Source of the DNA: Chloroflexota bacterium | GTDB lineage: Bacteria; Chloroflexota; Dehalococcoidia; DSTF01; RBG-16-68-14 | Direction of reading: 5' to 3' | DNA: 64,000 nucleotides | Assembly: GCA_029262675.1 (NCBI GenBank) | Contig: JAJCYW010000015.1 | Location: 4,662 to 68,661 of the forward strand | Part shown: positions 30,348-40,458 of the stretch, piece after piece | Numbering within the stretch: position 1 is the first letter of the stretch | Layout of the letters: each line of letters opens with the position of its first letter | Notes under the pieces: generated by a model | The model's input: only the letters and a program-made list of their open reading frames with translations | Databases searched by the model: none | What the model was told of the DNA's origin: nothing | Position numbers and translations under genes: made by a program

Positions 30348-32258
30348 ATGGAGCTCGTCCGATTCCAGAATGTCAGTAAGGAGTACGGCTACCGGCTGGT
30401 GCTGGAGGATGTCTCGTTCCAGGTGATGGCGGGGCGCAAGGTGGGGCTGGTGGGCCCGAATGGCGCGGGCAAGACATCGATCCTAAGAATGCTGCTGGCA
30501 GAGGAGCCGGTGAGTGGCGGCGTAATCGTCAAGGCGCCGAACGTGCGGATCGCCTACGTGCCGCAGATCGTCGAGTTTGCGGACGACGAGACCGCGCTCG
30601 GCACGATCCTGCGCGACCACGATGCGTTGGAGTTGGAGCTGCGCGCCGCCGAGCAGCGGCTGGCCGCCGCCTCGGGCGACGACATCGCCGCCGCGGAGGA
30701 GGCCTACGGAGCGGCGCGCGACGCCTTCGATCTGGCGGGCGGCGAGGCGGCGCGGGGTAAGGCAATCGGCATGCTGGACGCCCTCGGCCTAGCCGACCGC
30801 CACGACGAGTCTATCGCGACGCTCTCCGGTGGCGAGAAGAACGTGGTGTCGCTGGTGCGGGCGCTGCTGGCGGAGCCGGAGCTGCTGCTGCTGGACGAGC
30901 CGGCCAACCACTTGGACTTCGACGGATTGGCCTGGCTGGAGGGCTTCCTGCGCAGCTTCCGCGGCGCGATCCTGATCGTCTCGCACAACCGCTATCTGCT
31001 CGACAGCGTGGTGGACGAGATCCTGCACCTGGAGCGGGGCCGCGCGCGGCCCTATGCCGGTAACTACTCGCAGTACCGCCAGACGCTACTGCAGGACAGA
31101 ATCGCGCAGGGGCGCGACTACGCGGCGAATCAGAAGAGGCTGGCCCAGTTGGAGGCGCTGGTGCAGCGGTTCGCCGTGATCGCAAGCGTGCGGTCGGACC
31201 CGTCCTGGGGCAAGCGGCTGCGGGCGAGGCGGTCGCAGCTTGAACGAGAGCGCCGCCAGGCCGTCGAGCGCCCGACGGAGGACGCGTCGGGGTTCCGCCC
31301 GAAGGCCGAGGCGAAAGCGAGCCACGCCGACATTGCGCTGCAGGTGCGAGCGTACAGCAAGTCGTTCGACGACCTGCTGCTGTTCGATGACGCGGAGTTG
31401 GACATCTCGGCGGGCGAGCGCGTGGCGTTGGTGGGGCCGAACGGCAGCGGCAAGACGACGCTGCTGCGGGACGTGATGGCGCGCGGGGCGTGGGACGATC
31501 CCGTGATCCGCATCGGGCCGAGCCTCAAGGTGGGGTTCTGCGCGCAAGAGCAGGAGTTGCTGAACCCGCGGAAGACGGTCTTCAACCAGCTCTTCGAGCA
31601 CGGGACGGTATCGCGGGACGAGACGTACAACGTGCTGGCGCGCTATCTCTTCGGGCCGAACGATTACGAAAAGCTGGTGGCCAACCTGTCCGGAGGCGAG
31701 AGGAACCGCTTACAGCTGGCGCTGGTGCTGACGGAGCGGCCCAACTTCCTGATCATGGACGAGCCGACCAACCACTTGGACATTCAGGGCAGGGAGGCGG
31801 TGGAGGACGTGCTGACCGACTACAAGGGCACGATCCTGCTCGTCTCGCACGACCGCTACCTGCTGGACAAGGTCGCCGGCCGCGTCGTCGAGCTGCGGGA
31901 GCGGAAGCTGGTGGCGCACAACGGCAGCTTCTCCGAGTTCTGGAGCGAGCGCGACGAGCAGAAGAAGCGGGAGAAGGCACGCGCCGTAACCCGCGGCCGC
32001 ACACGGAGGCGGTCGCGGCGGGAAGCTGGGCGGGTGAACCCGCAGTTGGCCGCCAAACGGGACGACGACGCGTTGGCGAAGGATATCGCGGAGGCGGAGG
32101 GGGAGAAAGCGGCGTTGGAGCAGCGGGTGGCGGCGGCGTATGCGGACAGCGATTGGGCGGAGGGCGCCAGGATAGCGGAAGAGCTGGAGCGGCACAGCCA
32201 ACGTCTGGAGGAGCTCTACATCCGCTGGGCGAACGAGGAGAGCCTGCGGGCGACCTAA
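30348..32258 (+). CDS. ABC-F family ATPase
   Basis: Two NBDs (GPNGAGKT, GPNGSGKT; DEPANHLD, DEPTNHLD), VSHNRY/VSHDRY, no TM, C-terminal coiled coil. Confidence 0.92.
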   Translation: MELVRFQNVSKEYGYRLVLEDVSFQVMAGRKVGLVGPNGAGKTSILRMLLAEEPVSGGVIVKAPNVRIAYVPQIVEFADDETALGTILRDHDALELELRAAEQRLAAASGDDIAAAEEAYGAARDAFDLAGGEAARGKAIGMLDALGLADRHDESIATLSGGEKNVVSLVRALLAEPELLLLDEPANHLDFDGLAWLEGFLRSFRGAILIVSHNRYLLDSVVDEILHLERGRARPYAGNYSQYRQTLLQDRIAQGRDYAANQKRLAQLEALVQRFAVIASVRSDPSWGKRLRARRSQLERERRQAVERPTEDASGFRPKAEAKASHADIALQVRAYSKSFDDLLLFDDAELDISAGERVALVGPNGSGKTTLLRDVMARGAWDDPVIRIGPSLKVGFCAQEQELLNPRKTVFNQLFEHGTVSRDETYNVLARYLFGPNDYEKLVANLSGGERNRLQLALVLTERPNFLIMDEPTNHLDIQGREAVEDVLTDYKGTILLVSHDRYLLDKVAGRVVELRERKLVAHNGSFSEFWSERDEQKKREKARAVTRGRTRRRSRREAGRVNPQLAAKRDDDALAKDIAEAEGEKAALEQRVAAAYADSDWAEGARIAEELERHSQRLEELYIRWANEESLRAT

Positions 32259-32278
32259 TATACTTTGCGCCAGAGACA

Positions 32279-32311
32279 ACGAACCACGGAGCGACCAACT
32301 CCGTGGTTCGT
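32279..32311. terminator. Hairpin between convergent genes
   Basis: ACGAACCACGGAG-CGACCAA-CTCCGTGGTTCGT, 13-bp stem. Confidence 0.6.
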
Positions 32312-32335
32312 GCTAACTGCGCTGTTTGGCTGTGG

Positions 32336-32917
32336 CTAACGCCGCGCCTTGGTCTTCGGCTTGGCCTTCGCCTTTGGCTTGGCCTTGGCTTTCGCCTTCG
32401 CCTTGACCTTTGCCTTGGCCTTCGGCTTTGGCTTGGGCGCGGCAGGTCGGACGGCTTTGGTCTGACCGACTGCGACGAGGTAGCCGTCCGGGTCGTACAT
32501 GCTAAACTCCCGCATGCCGTAGTCCATGTTCATGATCGGCTGGGAGATCTTGGCCTTCTTGCGCTTCGCCGACTCGAACAGGCCGTCGATCTTCTTGTCG
32601 ACGCGGAAGTAGAACGAGACGACCTTCTGGGCCTTACGGGCCGACATGGCGGTGGTGACGGCAGCCGGAGCTTTCTTGCCCGTCATGATGTCCGAGCCAT
32701 CGCCGATCATGAGCGCGACGCCGTCCGGGCTGCCGGCGTTCATGCGGACGAAGGACGGCTTCTTCTTGTTCGGCATTGCCATCTCGACCTGCAAGCCGAG
32801 AATGCGCTTGTACCAGGTCACGGAACGGGCGACGTTCTTGACGCGGATGTACGGGTCGGTGAACAGGACCTTACTCGTGCTGGGCTTTCGCTTTGCTGGT
32901 TTCTTCGCTGGCGCCAT
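32336..32917 (-). CDS. VOC/glyoxalase family protein with Lys/Ala/Pro-rich tails
   Basis: VKNVARSVTWY..ILG and YGMREFSMYDPDGY; AGGAGGAG RBS; tail KPKPKAKAKVKAKAK... Confidence 0.85.
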   Translation of the reverse strand: MAPAKKPAKRKPSTSKVLFTDPYIRVKNVARSVTWYKRILGLQVEMAMPNKKKPSFVRMNAGSPDGVALMIGDGSDIMTGKKAPAAVTTAMSARKAQKVVSFYFRVDKKIDGLFESAKRKKAKISQPIMNMDYGMREFSMYDPDGYLVAVGQTKAVRPAAPKPKPKAKAKVKAKAKAKAKPKAKAKPKTKARR

Positions 32918-33072
32918 AACTCCTCCTCTAATAGTCCATGGTTTGACGCGATCTATAACACACACAACGGCGGAGGCCAAGGAGTTTCTTGGCCGGGCAG
33001 GCGGACTCTTGTGATACAATCCGCGTGCCCAATTGCACAACGTGATCGCGGTGAACAGATTGGAGTGTAGAG

Positions 33073-34704
33073 ATGCCTGATTCCCAGTTCGCGCAGGTCG
33101 GTGAAGCGTGGATCGCGGCGGTGCTGGAACAGCGGCCGGAAGCCGCAACGCGCCTGGGCTTCCACCAGCACGACGGCCTGCTGGGCGATCGCAGCCGCGG
33201 CTCGGTCGAAGGCTGGGCGAAGCGGCTGCACGGCTTCTTGCGCGACCTGGACGGCATCGACGCGGCCGGGCTGGAGCGGCGCGAGCGGGCCGACTACGAG
33301 TTGCTGTGCCGCCGCATCCAATGGGAGTTGGTGACGATCGAAGACCTCGAGACGTGGCGGCGTTCGCCGGGCGGCTATCTCGGCGCTATCGGCGGCGGCT
33401 GCAACGGGCTGATCATCCGCGACTTCGCGCCTCTTGAAGAGCGCATCGAGAGCCTGGCATCGCGGCTGCGGCAGGTGCCCGGCGTGCTGGAGCAGGCGAA
33501 GGCGAATCTGGACGACTGCCCGCGGGTGCACGTCGAGACGGCGGTCGAGCAGGCGGCCGGGCTGGGGATCCTCTTCCAACGGGACCTGCCGGCGGCGGCG
33601 GGCGCCGCGTCGTCCGCGCTGCTGGAGCAGTTCGGCGAGGCGAACGAGGCGGCGACGAACGCAATGTCAGCGTTCGGGGAGTGGCTGACGGACGAGCTGC
33701 TGCCGCGCTCGGACGGCGACTATCGCTACGGGACGGAGCGCTTCGGAAAGCTGCTGTCGCTGGCGGACTTCGTCGACCGGCCGCTGGACGAGTTGGAGCG
33801 CCGCGGCCGCGACGACCTGCAATCGACGCAGGTGCGGCTGGCGGACCTGGCCGGGCAGATCGACGGTACGAAGTCGCCGGCGGAGGTCGTCGACGCGATT
33901 TCGCGCGAGCACCCGGCGGCGGAGCGGCTGATCCCGGACACCGCCGACCTGCTGGAGGAGCTGCGCCAGTTTTCGCTAGATCGCGGGATGGGGTCGATGC
34001 CGACGGAGGTGCGGATCGAGGTGACGGAGACACCGACGTTCAGCCGCAGCACAGTGCAGGCGGCCTGCAGCACGCCCGGTCGCTTCGAGGAGAACGCGCA
34101 GGAAGGGTACTACTACGTGACGCCCCCCGACCCGGCATGGCCGGCGGAGCGGACGGAAGCGTACATGAAGTTCTTCAATAAGTACAGCCTGCCGGGCATC
34201 ACGGCGCACGAGGCCTACCCCGGCCACTACACGCACATCTCCTGGCTGCGACAATCGCCGGAGCGGCTGCCGCACTTCCTGCTGACGACGACGGCCATCG
34301 AGGGCTGGGCGCACTATATCGAGCAGGTGTTGGTCGAGGCCGGGTACGGAGACGGTGACCCGCGTTACGAGATCATGCAGCTTCGCGAGGCGCTGCTGCG
34401 GCTGTGCCGCTACATCGTTTCCTTTGGCCTGCACACACAAGATTGGAGCATCGACGAGGGCATCGCGTTCTTCGAGCGGGAGGGCTACGCGACGCGGCCG
34501 ATCGCGGAGCGGGAGACGCGGCGCGGGGTGATGGGGCCACAGTATTACGCCTATACGCTGGGCAAGCACGAGATCCTGGAGCTGCGCGAGAAGCTGAAGG
34601 CGAAGCAAGGCGCGGACTACGACCAGCTCGCCTTTCACGATGCGTTCATGAAGCTGCCGTACCCGGTGTCGGTGATCGAATCGATGCTGCTGGGCGAGAC
34701 ATAG
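33073..34704 (+). CDS. DUF885 family protein
   Basis: PEAATRLG.H..D, AHEAYPGH, EGWAHY.E, YTLGK. Confidence 0.9.
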   Translation: MPDSQFAQVGEAWIAAVLEQRPEAATRLGFHQHDGLLGDRSRGSVEGWAKRLHGFLRDLDGIDAAGLERRERADYELLCRRIQWELVTIEDLETWRRSPGGYLGAIGGGCNGLIIRDFAPLEERIESLASRLRQVPGVLEQAKANLDDCPRVHVETAVEQAAGLGILFQRDLPAAAGAASSALLEQFGEANEAATNAMSAFGEWLTDELLPRSDGDYRYGTERFGKLLSLADFVDRPLDELERRGRDDLQSTQVRLADLAGQIDGTKSPAEVVDAISREHPAAERLIPDTADLLEELRQFSLDRGMGSMPTEVRIEVTETPTFSRSTVQAACSTPGRFEENAQEGYYYVTPPDPAWPAERTEAYMKFFNKYSLPGITAHEAYPGHYTHISWLRQSPERLPHFLLTTTAIEGWAHYIEQVLVEAGYGDGDPRYEIMQLREALLRLCRYIVSFGLHTQDWSIDEGIAFFEREGYATRPIAERETRRGVMGPQYYAYTLGKHEILELREKLKAKQGADYDQLAFHDAFMKLPYPVSVIESMLLGET

Positions 34705-34727
34705 CGCCCCGTCGGACTGCTACGATT

Positions 34728-34854
34728 ACGGCTGCCGCTTCGCGGCAGCTTGCAGTCGCCGCAGGCGACTGCGGCTGGTAGCATGACGGCTGCCGCTTCG
34801 CGGCAGCTTGCGGTCGCCGTAGGCGACTGCGGCTGGTAGGACAAAGACGGCTGC
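34728..34854. repeat. REP-like tandem repeat, 2 x 58 bp of double hairpins
   Basis: Units start at 34728 and 34786: GCTGCCGC-TTC-GCGGCAGC + GCAGTCGCC-GCA-GGCGACTGC + GGCTGGTAG. Confidence 0.85.
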
Positions 34855-34913
34855 GTGGCAACGGCCGTCAGGGCGTCGGAGGATTAGATGAAGGGCGAGT
34901 AGGAGAAGCGTTT

Positions 34914-35864
34914 ATGGCAGAGATCACACATCGACAGGTCAAGACGAACGGTATCAACGTGCATGTCGCGGAGGCCGGCGAGGGGCCGGTCGTTTTGCTC
35001 CTGCACGGCTTCCCGGAATCGTGGTACTCCTGGCGGCACCAGCTCCCCGCGCTGGCCGACGCAGGCTACCACGCGATCGCGCCGGACATCCGGGGCTACG
35101 GGCAATCAGATGCGCCGGAGGCTATCGAGGCCTACAGCATGAAGGAGCTGACGGCCGACGCGATCGGCATCCTCGACGACGCCGGCGCGGAGACCGCCGT
35201 CGTGGTCGGACACGACTGGGGCGCGCCGATGGCCTGGACGTCCGCGCTGCTCTACCCGGAGCGCGTGCGCGCCGTCGGAGGGCTGAGCGTGCCGTTCACG
35301 CCGCGTTCGCCCGCGCCGCCGATCCAAATCATGAAGCAGATGTTCGGCGATTACTTCTTCTACATCATCTACTTCCAGGAACCCGGCGTCGCCGAGGCGG
35401 AGTTGGAGGCAGACGTGCGGCGCTCCATGCGGATCTTTATGCATGCGGCGTCCGGCCAGGCGCCGGAAGGCGCCATGCTGTCGGAGAAGAAGAACACAGC
35501 CAAGCTCTTCGAGGGGATGCCGGAGCCAGAGGTTCCTTCGCCGTGGCTGTCGGAAGCGGACCTGGACTTCTACACCTCGGAGTTCGAGCGCACGGGGTTC
35601 CGCGGCGGGCTGAACCGATACCGCAACATGGACCGAGACTGGGAGGAGCTGCCCGAGCTGGCGGGCCGCAAGATCGAACAGCCGGCGCTATTCATCGCAG
35701 GTGAGAAGGACCCTGTAGTACGGTTCACTACGACGGCCGCGATGAAGGAGCACGTGACCGACCTGCGCGTGCTGGACGTTATACCGGGCGTCGGCCACTG
35801 GACGCAGCAAGAGGCGGCGGATGAGGTGAACGCGAAACTGATCGAGTTTCTGGGCGGCCTCTAG
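34914..35864 (+). CDS. Epoxide hydrolase-like alpha/beta hydrolase
   Basis: HGFPESWYSWRHQ, GHDWGA, GHWTQQE. Confidence 0.9.
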   Translation: MAEITHRQVKTNGINVHVAEAGEGPVVLLLHGFPESWYSWRHQLPALADAGYHAIAPDIRGYGQSDAPEAIEAYSMKELTADAIGILDDAGAETAVVVGHDWGAPMAWTSALLYPERVRAVGGLSVPFTPRSPAPPIQIMKQMFGDYFFYIIYFQEPGVAEAELEADVRRSMRIFMHAASGQAPEGAMLSEKKNTAKLFEGMPEPEVPSPWLSEADLDFYTSEFERTGFRGGLNRYRNMDRDWEELPELAGRKIEQPALFIAGEKDPVVRFTTTAAMKEHVTDLRVLDVIPGVGHWTQQEAADEVNAKLIEFLGGL

Positions 35865-35866
35865 CC

Positions 35867-36886
35867 GTGCGCGCTGCTGTGATGCGGGGCAACGAGCTCG
35901 TCGTCGACGAGATCGACGAGCCGAAGCCCGGGCCGGGCCAGGTGCTTGTGGAGACGCTGGCCTGTGGGATCTGCGGCTCCGACCTTCACTTTCTGAATCA
36001 CGCCGGCAAGATGGGCGCTATGGCGGATGTGCTAGGCAGCCGCTACGACCCGGCGCGCGACCTGGTAATGGGCCACGAGTTCTGCGCGCGCGTCGTCAAC
36101 GTTGGCGACGGAGTGAGCGAGGTGGCGGCGGGCGACATAGTGGTTTCGATGCCGGCCGTCGCGACCGCGGACGGTATGGCCGCCGTCGGCTACTCGCACG
36201 TCTACGGCGGCGGCTACGCGGAGAGGATGCTGCTGATGGCGGCGCTCTGTCTGAAGGTGCCGGACGGGCTGGACCCGGTGCTGGCTGCGCTGACGGAGCC
36301 GATGGCCGTCGGGCGGCACGCGGTCAACCTCTCCGGCATCGCGGAAGGCGAGGGCGCGGTCGTCCACGGCTGCGGGCCGATCGGCCTAGCGATCGTCGGC
36401 GCGCTCTCGATTGCCGGTATCGGCCCGGTCGTCGCGGCCGACTTCTCCGCGGCGCGTCGCGATCTCGCTCGCAAGTTTGGTGCGACGGAGGCCGTTGAGC
36501 CGAAGCGGGAGTCAGCGGTCGGGGCCTGGCGGCGGTTGGGCGGCGGCGACAGTTTTGTGACGTTCGAGGCGGTTGGCGTGCCGGGCATGATCGACCAGGC
36601 TATGCGGGAGGCGCCACGCGGGGGCCGGGTTCTGGTGGCGGGCGTCTGTATGGAGCCGGACACGATCTCGCCCCTGGCCGGCATTCGCAACGAGCTGACG
36701 GTGCGGTTCTCGCTGGGCTACACGCCGGACGAGTTCCGCGAGACGCTGGAGTTGATCGCCGCGGGGACAATCGACGCCGGGAGCATGGTGACCGGTCGGG
36801 TGGGCCTGGACGGCGTGGCAGGTGCGTTCGCGGCGCTCGCCAACCCGGACGAACACGTCAAGATCATGGTTACGCCTAACGGGTGA
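35867..36886 (+). CDS. Zinc-binding alcohol dehydrogenase family protein
   Basis: CGICGSDLH, GHEF, GCGPIG. Confidence 0.9.
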   Translation: MRAAVMRGNELVVDEIDEPKPGPGQVLVETLACGICGSDLHFLNHAGKMGAMADVLGSRYDPARDLVMGHEFCARVVNVGDGVSEVAAGDIVVSMPAVATADGMAAVGYSHVYGGGYAERMLLMAALCLKVPDGLDPVLAALTEPMAVGRHAVNLSGIAEGEGAVVHGCGPIGLAIVGALSIAGIGPVVAADFSAARRDLARKFGATEAVEPKRESAVGAWRRLGGGDSFVTFEAVGVPGMIDQAMREAPRGGRVLVAGVCMEPDTISPLAGIRNELTVRFSLGYTPDEFRETLELIAAGTIDAGSMVTGRVGLDGVAGAFAALANPDEHVKIMVTPNG

Positions 36887-36900
36887 CGTCCCGTCACCTT

Positions 36901-37737
36901 CTAGTCAAACAGCGGGGCGAGGACGAGCCTGCCGCCGATCGCAATCAGGCCGACGGCGAGCAGTCGCGTGATCGTCTCGTTGCTGAGACGTCGCGAAGCG
37001 TGGGCGCCGGTCTGGGCGCCGGCGATCGCGCCGACGGCGAGGAGCGCCGCGCGGACGAGCTCGGTCTGCATCAGCTCGCCGTTGGCTGCGTGGACGGCCG
37101 TGCCGGTGGCGGCCATGAAGATCAGCATGAACTGCGACGTGGCGACGGAGATATCGAACGGGATGCGGAGGACGGTGGCCATCATCGGCACCTGGATGAT
37201 GCCGCCGCCGACGCCGAACATCGTCGCGATGAAGCCGGAAGCGGCGCTGAGGCCGAGGCCGGGGCGGACGTCGTAGCTGTAGCGTGAGACGGCGCCGTCG
37301 CCGCGGTCGACGGTGCGCGTGATGATGGCTCGGCCGCCGCGCAGCGGCTCGCGGATGCCGCTGGCGCCTCGCGAGATGCCGAGCGTGACGCCGGCGGCTA
37401 ACGCTATCAGGAGGACGCCAAACGCCATATCGAACCAGCTACGCGGGAGGTAGCGGACGGCGTAGGCGCCGCCGAACGACGCCGGAATGGTGGCAAGAGC
37501 GAACGTGAGGCCGGTGCGGTAATCGATTAGTTTCCGGCGTGCGTAGGCGGTGGCGCCGGAGACGGCCGTGGCGAGGATGACGACGAGCGAGATGGCCGTG
37601 ATGGTCTTCTGCGAATCGTCCGGGAAGAGGATCAGGAGCGCTGGCACGAGGACGAAGCCGCCGCCTGCTCCGATCATAGTGCCGTAGGCGCCAACGGCGA
37701 AGCCTAGGGCGACGAGGAGGAGGTCGGCCCAGTCCAC
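36901..37737 (-). CDS. TauE/SafE sulfite-exporter family membrane protein
   Basis: GAGGGFVLVP and FGVGGGIIQVP repeats; multi-TM. Confidence 0.88.
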   Translation of the reverse strand: MDWADLLLVALGFAVGAYGTMIGAGGGFVLVPALLILFPDDSQKTITAISLVVILATAVSGATAYARRKLIDYRTGLTFALATIPASFGGAYAVRYLPRSWFDMAFGVLLIALAAGVTLGISRGASGIREPLRGGRAIITRTVDRGDGAVSRYSYDVRPGLGLSAASGFIATMFGVGGGIIQVPMMATVLRIPFDISVATSQFMLIFMAATGTAVHAANGELMQTELVRAALLAVGAIAGAQTGAHASRRLSNETITRLLAVGLIAIGGRLVLAPLFD

Positions 37738-37923
37738 TACTTCTCGACGGGGTGACTGCGCGCGGGAGGCGTGTGCGCCGGTGGCACCATCACCCTGCCA
37801 CTCTACGTGAGGGCCTGCGCGCTGTCTAGCGCCGGGACGCGGGGTAGTGTGGTGACCGCCGATCGAGATCGACGGCAGGATGGCTGTGTGGTGGGGAAGC
37901 GACGCTGTGCGCGTGGACGCTGT

Positions 37924-38796
37924 CTAACGCCGGGATGCGGCGAGGGCCTGCGCTCGCTCCAACAGCCAGGGCGCGCGCAGGTAGGCGGCCGTCTCCGCGA
38001 GCGACGGTGCGGGCTGACGCCAGCGCAACTCGTCGAGGTCTGAGAATACGGGAGCGTCCGTGCGTAAGGTGGCGAGTTGCTTGAAGAGGGCGGCCAGTTC
38101 GCGGTTCTCCGCTAGCGTGGCGGCGAGGCGGGCCGCGCTGCGGACGGTCACCTGCCATTCGTCCGGGTCGTCGGGTATCGAATCGATGTCGCCGTAGCAG
38201 GCGAGCAGGGCGGCGGCGGATTTGGCGCCCCAGCCCGCGAGGCCGGGGAAGCCGTCTGCGCTGTCGCCGACGAGGGCCAGGTAGTCCGGGATCGACGCCG
38301 GTGGCACGCCGAACTTCTCGATTACGCCGGCCTCGTCGAAAAGCTGGCGCTTGCGGCGGTCGAACTGGACGACGTGGGTGCCGATGACGGACTGGGCGAG
38401 GTCCTTGTCCGGCGTGCAGATGATGACCCGCTCAGCCTGCGGGGCGGCCTTGGCGGCGGCGGAGGCGAGCGCGTCGTCGGCCTCGAAGTCGTCCATGGCC
38501 CAGACGACGATGCCGAGCGCGCGGAGGCCGTCCTCGAGGATAGGAAACTGGGCGAGCAACTCGGGTTCGGTGCCTTCGCCGGTCTTGTAGCCGGGCCAGA
38601 GGTCGTTGCGGAACGAGGCGATGGCGTGGTCCGTGGCGACGCCCATGTGCGTCGCGCCCTCTTCCAGCATCGTCAGCAGCGAGCCGAGGACGCCGCGCAC
38701 TGCTGCGATCTGGGTGCCGTTCGCAGCTTGGGACGGCGGCACGGCGAAGTGGTGACGGAAGAGCTCGTAGGTGCCGTCGACGAGGTGGACGTTCAC
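37924..38796 (-). CDS. 5'-3' exonuclease / flap endonuclease (Pol I N-terminal-like)
   Basis: LVDGTYELFR, FRNDLWPGYK, EADDAL, DKD, LVGDSADGFPG..GWG.K. Confidence 0.9.
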   Translation of the reverse strand: MNVHLVDGTYELFRHHFAVPPSQAANGTQIAAVRGVLGSLLTMLEEGATHMGVATDHAIASFRNDLWPGYKTGEGTEPELLAQFPILEDGLRALGIVVWAMDDFEADDALASAAAKAAPQAERVIICTPDKDLAQSVIGTHVVQFDRRKRQLFDEAGVIEKFGVPPASIPDYLALVGDSADGFPGLAGWGAKSAAALLACYGDIDSIPDDPDEWQVTVRSAARLAATLAENRELAALFKQLATLRTDAPVFSDLDELRWRQPAPSLAETAAYLRAPWLLERAQALAASRR

Positions 38797-39033
38797 GCGG
38801 ATAGAGTAGCACGCCATCCCAGTCCGTCCGCCATCGTGCTGCGATTCTAGTAGACTGCGGCGCGGATGGTGTTCCAGCGACGAGAGCAAGGGCCATACGG
38901 CCCTAGTTGACACGACAGACGGCCCACACTTACACTGGTCATATCGGTGAGCCCCGCAAAGCCTACGGGCAACGCGGCTGGGCTGTTCCAACAATCAATT
39001 CCAACCGAGCAAGCAGAAAGAAAGGACATAGTA

Positions 39034-40458
39034 ATGGCTGGCGTTCAGATAAGCACGGGTTCCGGAGCTATCAACACTGTAGATGACGAGGCGATCAGCG
39101 CTCTGGCGTCTGGGCTAGATGGCAAGCTGATCCAGCAGGGGGATGCTACGTACGACGAGGTGCGTCAGATCTGGAACGCGATGATCGATAGGCGGCCCGC
39201 TCTCATCGTGCAGTGCGCGTCAACGTCCGACGTGGTCGCGGCGGTGAACTTTGGGCGCGAGCACAGTCTGCTCACTGCCGTGCGGGGCGCGGGACACAAT
39301 ATCGCGGGTAACGCCGTCTGCGAAGGCGGCCTCATGATCGACCTGTCCGAGATGAAGCAGGTGAACGTAGACGTCGCCAATCGGCGAGCGACGGCTGAGG
39401 GCGGCGCGACGCTGGGCGACTTCGATGCCGCAACACTACCCCACGGGTTGGCGACACCGACGGGCATCAACTCGACCACCGGCATCGCGGGCCTAACGCT
39501 CGGCGGTGGCTTCGGCTGGCTCAGCCGCAAGTACGGCATGACAGTCGACAACCTGGTCTCGGCCGATGTCGTCACCGCGGACGGCTCGCAGCTGCACGCC
39601 AGCGAGGACGAGAACTCCGACCTCTTCTGGGCGATCCGCGGCGGGAGTGGCAACTTTGGCGTCGTGACGCAGTTCGAGTTCCAACTCCACCAGGTGGGGC
39701 CTGACCTCCTCAGCGGTCTGATTGTGTTCCCACAGTCGCAGGCCAAGGATGTGCTGAAGAAGTACGCTGCGTTCTCTCGTTCGATGCCGGAGGAACTGAA
39801 CATCTGGGTCGTCATGCGCAAGGCGCCCCCGCTCCCGTTCCTGCCGGAGGACGTGCATGGTACGGACGTGATCGTCCTTGCCCTCTGCTACGCGGGCGAT
39901 CCTGCCGACGGCGAAGCGCTCGTGGAGCCGCTCAAGTCGTTCGGAGAGCCTGTTGGCGTCCATGTCGGGGTGCAACCGTTCACGGCATGGCAGCAGGCCT
40001 TCGATCCGCTGCTGGCGCCGGGCATGCGCAACTACTGGAAGTCGCACAACTTTACCGAGATCAGCGATGGCTTAATCGACGCGGTTGTCGAAAGGGCTGG
40101 AGAGCTTCCCTCTCCCCACACTGAGATCTTCTTCGGCGCGCTCGGTGGCGCGACGTCGCGGCCGGCACCAGACGCGATGGCCTACCCGCATCGCGACGCC
40201 AACTACGTGATGAACGTACACGGACGCTGGGAGACAGCCGACGAGGACGCCGGGGGTATCGCGTGGTCGCGCGAGGTCTTCGAAGCGACGAAGCCGTTCG
40301 CATCCTCAGGGGTGTACGTCAACTTCATCACGGAGGAAGAGGGTGACGCCCGGATTGCGTCCGCGTATGGTGTGAACCAGACGCGGCTGGCGGAGCTGAA
40401 GAAGAAGTACGACCCGAACAACTTCTTCCGGCTGAACCAGAACATTCAGCCTGCGTAG
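39034..40458 (+). CDS. FAD-linked oxidase (BBE-like)
   Basis: VRGAGHN, GLTLGGGFG, WAIRGGSGNFGVVT, KYDPNNFFRLNQNI. Confidence 0.92.
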   Translation: MAGVQISTGSGAINTVDDEAISALASGLDGKLIQQGDATYDEVRQIWNAMIDRRPALIVQCASTSDVVAAVNFGREHSLLTAVRGAGHNIAGNAVCEGGLMIDLSEMKQVNVDVANRRATAEGGATLGDFDAATLPHGLATPTGINSTTGIAGLTLGGGFGWLSRKYGMTVDNLVSADVVTADGSQLHASEDENSDLFWAIRGGSGNFGVVTQFEFQLHQVGPDLLSGLIVFPQSQAKDVLKKYAAFSRSMPEELNIWVVMRKAPPLPFLPEDVHGTDVIVLALCYAGDPADGEALVEPLKSFGEPVGVHVGVQPFTAWQQAFDPLLAPGMRNYWKSHNFTEISDGLIDAVVERAGELPSPHTEIFFGALGGATSRPAPDAMAYPHRDANYVMNVHGRWETADEDAGGIAWSREVFEATKPFASSGVYVNFITEEEGDARIASAYGVNQTRLAELKKKYDPNNFFRLNQNIQPA

